64,000 bases of DNA from an uncultured Nitrososphaerales archaeon (lineage in GTDB: Archaea; Thermoproteota; Nitrososphaeria; Nitrososphaerales; Nitrososphaeraceae): NCBI GenBank assembly GCA_963713605.1, contig CAVQMO010000005.1:1-64000 (forward strand), given 5' to 3'. Positions within the stretch are counted from its first letter, which is position 1, and every line of letters starts with the position of its first letter. Made by a program: the position numbers and the translations under genes. Of the stretch, positions 56,138 through 64,000 are shown piece after piece. The notes under the pieces were generated by a model, which ran no database searches, was not told the origin of the DNA, and saw only the letters and a list, made by a program, of their open reading frames with translations.

Positions 56138-59100
56138 ATGTATATTCATATGGTCGTTTATAGATTATTTTTCTGTTTTCTGCAGGGCCAAAGACCTTGG
56201 TCCCCATTTACAATCCTTCCTCTCTCTTTTCTAATATTATTGTCGTTGGTCACTTTACTAGTTTTTTTCCCAATGGCAGGCAATGTGTTAGGTCATGCTT
56301 TTGTTCTGGATAGCAGTCCCGCGCCTTCTGAGAGCTTGGAAAAACCCCCTGCGAAAGTCGAAATTGTTCTAAGCGAACCTGTAGACGATAGGTACAGCGA
56401 GGTCAGAGTCATAGGACCTGATGGGAACCAAATCGACAATAAGGATACGCAGCATTTTGAAGGGGACCAGAGCATACTTGGTGTAACCTTGCCTAAGAAA
56501 GGTCTCAAAGATGGAGTCTATACCGTGTCCACAAAGATGCTATCTCAAATAGATGGACATGTCACAGACGACGCGTTCGTATTCGGAGTCGGTAAATCAG
56601 CACCATTATCCTCAGCCGTAGGGCCAGGTCAGTCAGAGCAGGGTTCTACAAAAAAATCGGCTTTTGACCAGTTATCTGTGCCTGATGCTATAGCCAGATA
56701 CCCTGCACTTGTGGGCCAAGTAATAGTAGTAGGATCTGCATTTGCATCACTCTGGCTATGGAAGCCATTTGCTAACCTGAACTGGGCTGGAAGTTCATAT
56801 GATATGGGCGAGGGGTATGGCGATAGGAAGCAAAGAAGAACGCTCACTCAGACAACTTTTGACGATCTAAGACAATTCAGAAAACGCATAGACAAGCGAT
56901 TGGTAAAGATGATGCTGATTGGTGCTGCCGTCGTAATCATAGCAGACTTTGGGATGATTTACGCCCTGGCTTACTCACTTAACATAGGGATGGTAGATGC
57001 AATAACTACTAAATTTGGAAGTATCTGGCTTGTGAGAACTTGTATATCATTCCTACTCCTTGCTATGATATTATTTGTTTACCTAAAAGTAGGCAGAAGG
57101 GCAACACAATCAAGAAAAAGCAATTCTGTGGAGAGTACAGGTACGAATCCCTTGGCAACAGGTGGGCTCATCTTGAAACGAGAGCTCGCGGTCATTATGA
57201 TCATCGGCATTCTTACTCTCTTGACTACTTCTTTGATGGGTCACGGGGCTGCCATGACTACTGGAGCCCAGCTACCCATCACTATTGATTTTGTGCATAA
57301 TTTGGCGGCCGCCATCTGGATTGGGGGTGTGATTTACCTTGCTTTGGTGGTAGTTCCTAGATTAAGACGTGATAATAAATTGGATGAACAAGTCAAATGC
57401 ATTATTTTATGTATTACGATTCCCCGCTTCTCAACCTTACCTGTAGTAGTCTTGGGTATTATCGTTATAACTGGTCCATTCTTGCTTTACATCTTGGAAG
57501 ATGATCTGAATTTGACGCTTGCTTCTCTTTACGGAAAGGCACTGCTTGCTAAATTAATAATTGCGGCGGTCATGCTAACACTCGGCGGGTATAACCAGAG
57601 AGTAATTCATAGAGACGCCCTGCGTGCTGTAACTGCAACTCAGGGACAGAATAAGCAGCCGGTAATTATTTCCCGGTCGGCGGAATCAAAAAAATCTCAT
57701 TCAACTTCATTCTCTTCCTATTCCTCCTCCCCAGAATTGTGTTCAAGTGACAAAAAATATGTTACATCGCGGAATAAGCTCTTTCAGTTATTCCAGAAAA
57801 TCATTCAAGGTAAACGCGAGAGGAGTCAGAATGAGCGTGATTATGATGACAAGAAGCAACATAGCGATGATATCTACAATGATATTCACATTGAAAAAGG
57901 TGAAAACTTGAAAGAATCAGATCATCATGCAGACGATTGGACAATACGTTCGGCAAAGGGATGGCCGAAAACTATTTCTCGTTTCAACCGGAGTATCAAG
58001 ATCGAAGCTACTCTTGGAATTCTGTTGCTTGGCGCGGTCGCGGTCCTTACGAATACTGGTTTGCCGGCAAGCGAGTTTCAGGGCAGGCTTCTGCAGAGCG
58101 GTGAAGGCAGCCTACAGACAGATATTCAAAATCTTCTCACCACCACATCCGGCACCAATAACAATATCGGAGATCAAGGCATCGCTGGATATTCGGCCAC
58201 ACAATATCTTGACAATGCCACGGCGAAAATTAAGCTAACGATAGATCCTTTTGTAGTGGGAAACAACAATTTTAAAGTCGAATTTCTTGACCTGTTGGGC
58301 AATCCTATTGATATGCGTACAGTCAGGATTAAGATGACCCAAACTGAAGAAAATATTGGTCCTATCGAAATTCAAACAAACAAAATCTCAGAAGGGATAT
58401 TTACCGCTAACGCATCGTTTGGCCTTGAAGGCCCATGGGATTTACTTGTAGAAGGTGTCAGGAATGAGACTAATGCGCTAAACTTCGTCGCTCACCTTTA
58501 ATCTCTTTGTAAAGCCTGACCTGGATCAATTAGAGTACCGGGTGACCCAGATCGCGATGCCAGATAACAGAAGCCAGCCTCTCTATCCAATTTACGATTC
58601 TTCGCGTAACGCGATCTGGGTAGGTGACACTTCTCTAGGGTCTGGAAGAATATTCGAATATGATATTATTGATAATGAATACCGTGAACACAAAATCTAC
58701 GGTACTAATATAATCACAACGTTGTCTTTAGACCAATCAAATGACATGATATGGTTTGTAGATCCTATTTCGAAAGTCTTGGGGCTATATGATCCTCAGA
58801 CAAATAGTAGTCATCTATATAGCTTTCCCAATGATCGTATAGTTCCATCTTCGATTGCAGTACCGAGGTGCCGATTTTCCCATTAATGAAAATGCGAACT
58901 CTAGTACTGTTGTTGGAGATAGCTCACCCCTTAATGGAACTACCAATGGGAATCTTCCCGGGGGAGATACGGAAGCTCTAGACCGACTAGTCGATGGCCG
59001 ATCCACGGTATGGATTACATCTCCTTCTACAGGTGAAGTTTTGATATTTGATCCTCAATCTCAAAACTTTACAAATTCTCTACCTTTACCGACCCCCAAT

Positions 59101-59970
59101 TCGAATCCACTTGGAATCGCGGTAGATTCATCTACAGGACAAATCTGGATTACAGAGGGTATCGGAAAAATCGCCAATATCGATCCCGCAACCAACTTCA
59201 CTATCAATGAATATGCCCCAGGGCCTCAAAGTGGTGGCGACGGAGGTGCTAGTGTAAGTGGTGGGATTGAAAATGACACTTTGAACAGCCCTACTGCCTT
59301 GTTAATAGATCCATACACGGGTAGTATTTACGTTTCCGAACATGATGGACATGTAGTTTCTGTATTCAATCCTGTATTCAAGACGTTCAGAGACTTTCCA
59401 CCTCTCGCTGAAGATGCGTTGCCATTCGGTATGACGCTAGATAAAGATCGGAACCTGTGGGTGGCAGAGCACGTAACAAATAGAATGGCTGTAATCGATC
59501 CTTCAAATGGTAAGAATAAGGAAGTGACTATACCCTCCTCATCACCATTTGTACAGTATTTGACAACAGACAATGATGGAAGAGTGTGGTTTGCGGCACA
59601 GCGGGGAAATGCTATCGGATTCATTACGTCGAGTGTAAATCCGATGCTGACTACTGCGCCACAAGGATTATCTTCAACCTCCTTGTCATCGTCTCCATCT
59701 GGTCTTCCATCTCAAGAGGGGACTATGAATGAAGCAACTTACGCCCAGTCTAATGGAATGCAGTCTATATTTACACCCTTATTCAATATTGGATACGAGA
59801 ATTTGCTAGGTCCACTTATTGCAATGGGAGTTGTTGCAAGCGCTGCCTTTTATGTGAATAGTATTGTCAGTCTAAAGACCAGTATCAGAAAAGTCAATGG
59901 ACTGGTCACTTCCAGCAGTATCCATTCTAGTTCAAAGCACGACCTCTCTCAGAGCAAGAATAACATGTAG
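56138..59970 (+). CDS. CopC-CopD-YtkA-like plus Vgb-type beta-propeller fusion with C-terminal TM, frameshifts near 58495 and 58870
   Basis: HAFVLDSSP...SQIDGHVT (CopC), GHGAA/HNLAAAIWIGG (CopD), YtkA-like GPWDLLV, and propeller repeats PLGIAVD, PFGMTLD, LWVAEH. Confidence 0.85.
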
Positions 59971-60149
59971 CAACTTATGCTACATGTAAAGTTAGAATAC
60001 CTCGATGCACCCGGCACTATAATGTGTCGGGTCGAGCCTTTGTTGAACCTCAGACAATTCCACCGTCAAACTAGCAATTTTTCCGTCCAGGCCCAGCTTT
60101 ATGTCTAGTTTGTCAATGCATCATCAACGAATCTTCTGAAGACGATCTC

Positions 60150-61060
60150 GGGATTCAGTGAGTTGGTTGCGGTTGCTATTCCGAGAACCATATTTCGCAG
60201 GTCATTTAGTCCCTTAGGACCAATTCCTATTTCTCATATCACTTTAGTGCCTACTCCAGATAATTTATGCTCAATTACCTGGAGTTTCTGCTCATCTCGC
60301 TCTTTATGGCAGACCTTAGTTCAGTAACCCTCTCTTCCAGGACACTTTTTTCCTGTCGAGAATTCTTGATCTTCACTAGTTCCTTGGCGATTTAATTGGG
60401 GGAGGTAAGTCCGAACCTATCTATACTATCTAATATGTTGGCAATCCTCGGAGTGTCTCAAAGAGATACATCATTTTTCCGGAGTCTCTGCTCAGTTTCC
60501 ATATATCTCAAGATCAAATCGAATTAGACCCGATTGATCAAAGAGCTCAGAACACTCTTGTTATAACTTTTTCTTGCCTAGTTCTAATTTCACTAGATCG
60601 CCTTCTAAGGACCTCTCTTTTCGACTTGTTCTGAAATGAATTCCGGGAGCTTCGTCAGGGGCACTGATTCTTGTAGTTCTAATATCTGAATACAAACAGA
60701 AAATATCTTTTTTGGATCCTCATTATAAAAGTTGCACTTATCATATAAGCCAACCCTAAGCGGCATTACCTGATCTCGGGGGATGCGGGTGTTCATGAGC
60801 AATTTCTGAACCCGGTAGCCTTCGGTGCACTGAAGTGGAGTGACATTCTGAGTTTTTGCTAGTATTCAAAAATCTCTTATTGATTCGGATGTAGGTGCAC
60901 CGATTCACCGATTTGATTTTTCCGCTCTGAAACCACATACGATACAGTTCCTGTAACCAGGTTGAGACTGTCGGCGATTCGGTCTCGCCGAATCCCAACG
61001 ATCACAACCAAAGGCGTATTATTTCTGACTTTATTTCGTTTGTAATAGGATTACTTATTC
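60150..61060 (-). pseudogene. Degraded HTH plus coiled-coil protein of a family expanded in soil AOA
   Basis: ITNEIKSEIIRLWL*...RDRIADSLNLVTGTVSYVVSE...QCTEGYR...VPLTKLPEFISEQ, with multiple stops and frame shifts. Confidence 0.55.
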
Positions 61061-61380
61061 TTATATAAGAATCCACTCATATATTGATGTAACACATTCC
61101 TCTATTTAAATCTTAGTTAACTTCGTCATTGTGACTGGTCAATTTCATAATCAATTTCGTCGTCAGATTAGTTGACATTATTTTTGGCACATCTGCTGGC
61201 TATTATGCAATAGGCAAATGAAAATTTTAATCAGGGAGGAAGAAGATTCGGTGGAGATTTACTTTGGGCAAGCCATGTCGATTTTGATTGAATTTTTTAC
61301 AGATTACAAAATTCTAATATAGAATGCCAGTGAGATTTTCTACAACATTCTTATATACCCTCTATTTTATTCTACAGGAT

Positions 61381-62001
61381 ATGTCTAGAACAAGTTTGTT
61401 ACTATCAACACTTCTGACAGCAATCATCCTGACGGGAGCAGCTGTAAGTGTTGTTGGCATCCCTATTGCATACGCACAGAATCAAACCGCTGGAACTCAA
61501 GAACAACAACCAGCAGCACAGCAGGAACAACAAGCTCAAGAATTTAGCGCTAATTTAACAGGTGACGCAGAAGTTCCACCAGTCACGACAAATGCCACTG
61601 GAAGTGCTGAATTCGACCTAAATGATGACGGGGACGAGATGTCGTATGATTTAGAAGCTGAAGATATAGAAGGAGTCCTCTTCGCACACATTCACCAAGG
61701 AAGTGACAGCGAAAATGGACCTATTGTTGTAACACTCTTCAACGCAAGCGAGCCAACCGATGAGGTTGATGGAACCCTAGAAAGTGGAGACTTTGCCGCA
61801 GAGGACTTTGAAGGACCTTTGCAAGGACAAAATATGACCGATCTAGTAGACGCAATTGAGAGCGGACAGGCATATGTAAATGTGCACACTGAAGCCAATC
61901 CACCAGGTGAGATTAGAGGTACTATCGAAGTTGCCCCCGCAGCTGCAAGTGACGATGGCGGCGAAGACGATGATGAGGGGAACGGCGATGATGACAATTA
62001 A
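61381..62001 (+). CDS. Secreted CHRD-domain protein
   Basis: FSANLTGDAEVPPVTTNATG, AHIHQG...NGPIV and YVNVHTEANPPGEIRG. Confidence 0.92.
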   Translation: MSRTSLLLSTLLTAIILTGAAVSVVGIPIAYAQNQTAGTQEQQPAAQQEQQAQEFSANLTGDAEVPPVTTNATGSAEFDLNDDGDEMSYDLEAEDIEGVLFAHIHQGSDSENGPIVVTLFNASEPTDEVDGTLESGDFAAEDFEGPLQGQNMTDLVDAIESGQAYVNVHTEANPPGEIRGTIEVAPAAASDDGGEDDDEGNGDDDN

Positions 62002-62331
62002 GAAGCTCTAGTCAGCTGAAACCTCCTTTCTTTTCTTTGCTTTTATTCTCCTAATTCATTACTTCTGAGCAGATAATCTGTTCTAAAACTTGAATTTCGC
62101 TAGTCAATCGGTATGTGATTACGACGATAATTCCTACCATTTGAAGGGACAAAACGGAGCGGCAATTCCTACTGTATCAATCGCGTCCCTCGTGTCACAC
62201 CATGGAACGAGATGGAAACTACCAAAGCAGAACATTTAGGTGACTCGATGTAGTTATACTCTGCTGAGTTAACCTTACAATCTGATATTTAGGCAGGTTT
62301 TATAAGATTGATTTGAGCAGAGTATTTTGTA

Positions 62332-63417
62332 ATGCAATCCAGTGACAGCCTGTTGGGCAAGCAGGCCGAGTTATTCGAGAATCTTCCAAATGGAAGGGTC
62401 AAATGTACGGCTTGCGCCAGATATTGCGAAATACCTGAAGGAAAGTCAGGGTTATGCGGCATTAGAGGCGTTGCCAATAACAAGTTATTTTTGTATGTTT
62501 ATGGAAAAGTCATCTCAGGACATATTGACCCTATAGAAAAGAAGCCGGTCACTCATTACAGGCCCGGTAGCGCTATATACTCAATTGCCACCACAGGGTG
62601 CAATTGGCTATGTAAGTATTGCCAGAACTATGATATTTCACAACGGCGTAAGATTGAAGGAGTTGACATGAGTCCATCACAGGTTGCTCAAACAGCACTG
62701 GAATACCGTGCCGATGGCATTGCATATACATATAATGAACCCTCCATATTCATCGAGTTTGCCAGAGATTGCGGAATCGAAGCACGAAAAAGAGGACTCT
62801 TTAATATCTTCGTTTCAAATGGGTTCGATACACCAGATTCAGTCAAACTAATGGACCAATTTCTCGATTGCATAACAGTCGACTTTAAGGGGAGTGGGAA
62901 GCAGGAATTTGTAAGACAGTACATTGGCATACCATCTGCGGAGCCTGTCTTTCAGACATTAAAGGACATACATGGAATGACCTCGATCCATACCGAGATA
63001 ACCGATCTTATTGTCCCCCAGGTGGGTGATGACTTGGTAGCTGCTAGGAAACTTTGTAGGTTTGTCTATGATGAATTAGGGCCCGAAACCCCCATACACT
63101 TCCTGCGATTCCATCCCGACTACAAGATGATGGATTTCGGCTATACTCCCATTGAGACATTGGAAAAGCACCATTCTATAGCCAAGGAAGAAGGGCTAAG
63201 ATATGTTTATCTGGGCAATGTTCCTGGGCATCCCTTAGAGCACACGTATTGTCCTGAATGCAATCACGTTGCAATAAAACGCTACGGATACGATATTTTG
63301 TCATGGAACCTCGACAAGACTAATTCATGCACAAATTGCGGATATCGAATATCAGTGACTGGGACGCTAAAGAAGAGCAGCAAAAGAGGAAGCAGTGTTT
63401 TTCGAATAATTCAATGA
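62332..63417 (+). CDS. amrS: AmmeMemoRadiSam system radical SAM enzyme
   Basis: DPIEKKP, GCNWLCKYCQNYDISQ, YTYNEP, HFLRFHPDY and YVYLGNVPG. Confidence 0.9.
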   Translation: MQSSDSLLGKQAELFENLPNGRVKCTACARYCEIPEGKSGLCGIRGVANNKLFLYVYGKVISGHIDPIEKKPVTHYRPGSAIYSIATTGCNWLCKYCQNYDISQRRKIEGVDMSPSQVAQTALEYRADGIAYTYNEPSIFIEFARDCGIEARKRGLFNIFVSNGFDTPDSVKLMDQFLDCITVDFKGSGKQEFVRQYIGIPSAEPVFQTLKDIHGMTSIHTEITDLIVPQVGDDLVAARKLCRFVYDELGPETPIHFLRFHPDYKMMDFGYTPIETLEKHHSIAKEEGLRYVYLGNVPGHPLEHTYCPECNHVAIKRYGYDILSWNLDKTNSCTNCGYRISVTGTLKKSSKRGSSVFRIIQ

Positions 63418-63474
63418 TGGGACGTGATACTCATCCAAAACTTGCAATGACTTTCATGCTCTCTAGCCTTTGCA

Positions 63475-63516
63475 GCTACTACTACCAATACTACTACTGT
63501 TACTACTACTACTACT
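63475..63516. repeat. Imperfect (TAC)n microsatellite
   Basis: gctactactaccaatactactactgttactactactactact. Confidence 0.7.
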
Positions 63517-63624
63517 TTTCCGACTTCTGAATACCGTTGGACAGTCGGTGTACATCCATTATGAAATATGACACGTTCAACCTGAGAAGGTCTCATAAAC
63601 GGGTATGAGAGGGTTTAACCTGCA

Positions 63625-64000
63625 CTATGAAATGTAGGATTGGTTATTCTTGTCGAATTCTTTTATTAATTCAAACTTATGATCAAAGCTATTCTGAAGT
63701 GCTCCAAGCTCAGGGAATACCGACCACGGTTCATATCTTGCGATTATCGTTGCAGGATGGTTCTGTCCCAAGAAAGAGCTACATATTTCGTAGGTCATAT
63801 TTCGGACACGAAACTCATCTGTAATGCCGAAGCTATGCAGATATTCATGGGTGAGAACCGTAAATAGATACGAATTATACTGTTCAGGAGTTTTGATTCC
63901 CTTGATGAGACTTAATATCCGCTTATTTACAATTATCATATTGGAGCCTAATACGTGGTAAGCTCCTAGATTGCCAGGTAGCCCTTGTAATACCAGACAG
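63625..64000 (-). CDS. HExxH metallopeptidase-like protein, 5' end outside the window
   Basis: GAYHVLGSNMIIVNK...VLTHEYLHSFG. Confidence 0.75.
   Translation of the reverse strand, partial: CLVLQGLPGNLGAYHVLGSNMIIVNKRILSLIKGIKTPEQYNSYLFTVLTHEYLHSFGITDEFRVRNMTYEICSSFLGQNHPATIIARYEPWSVFPELGALQNSFDHKFELIKEFDKNNQSYIS

Overview
This is a 64-kb low-GC archaeal chromosome segment, most consistent with a soil ammonia-oxidising archaeon (Nitrososphaerales/Nitrososphaeraceae). The evidence is Alba, TFB, eS25, Rpo6, an archaeal ATP-dependent ligase and several AOA-typical secreted families. Many genes, including DNA ligase and TFB, carry single-base frameshifts, so most breaks are probably long-read indel errors rather than true pseudogenes. 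The left part (1 to ~27.8 kb) is accessory DNA. It holds a thiol/metal module (CcdA plus redoxin, glutaredoxin-like, Met/His-rich PepSY, TRASH-like), secreted glycan-related proteins (including an AlgG/AlgE-like beta-helix with YGLDPH), a PQQ dehydrogenase and a large sensor kinase. It also holds a decayed virus-derived island (~19.1-27.1 kb) with two different terminase C-terminal remnants, three families of short junction repeats, a Q/N/Cys curli-like repeat protein and a collagen-like protein. The right part is mostly core. It holds an ebo-like set (EboC-like UbiA, EboF-like phosphodiesterase, TIM-barrel isomerase) around alba and next to egtD/egtB, then TFB, eS25, Rpo6 and an LhgO-like oxidase. 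Further on are two prohibitin paralogues sharing a 209-bp identical tract, the ligase, and HtrA plus a membrane-anchored wHTH gene whose promoters share a TGAC-N6-GTCA site. The window ends with a CopC-CopD-YtkA-propeller fusion, CHRD and AmrS. No rRNA, intact tRNA or CRISPR array was seen. All family calls are by motif recognition, not database search.
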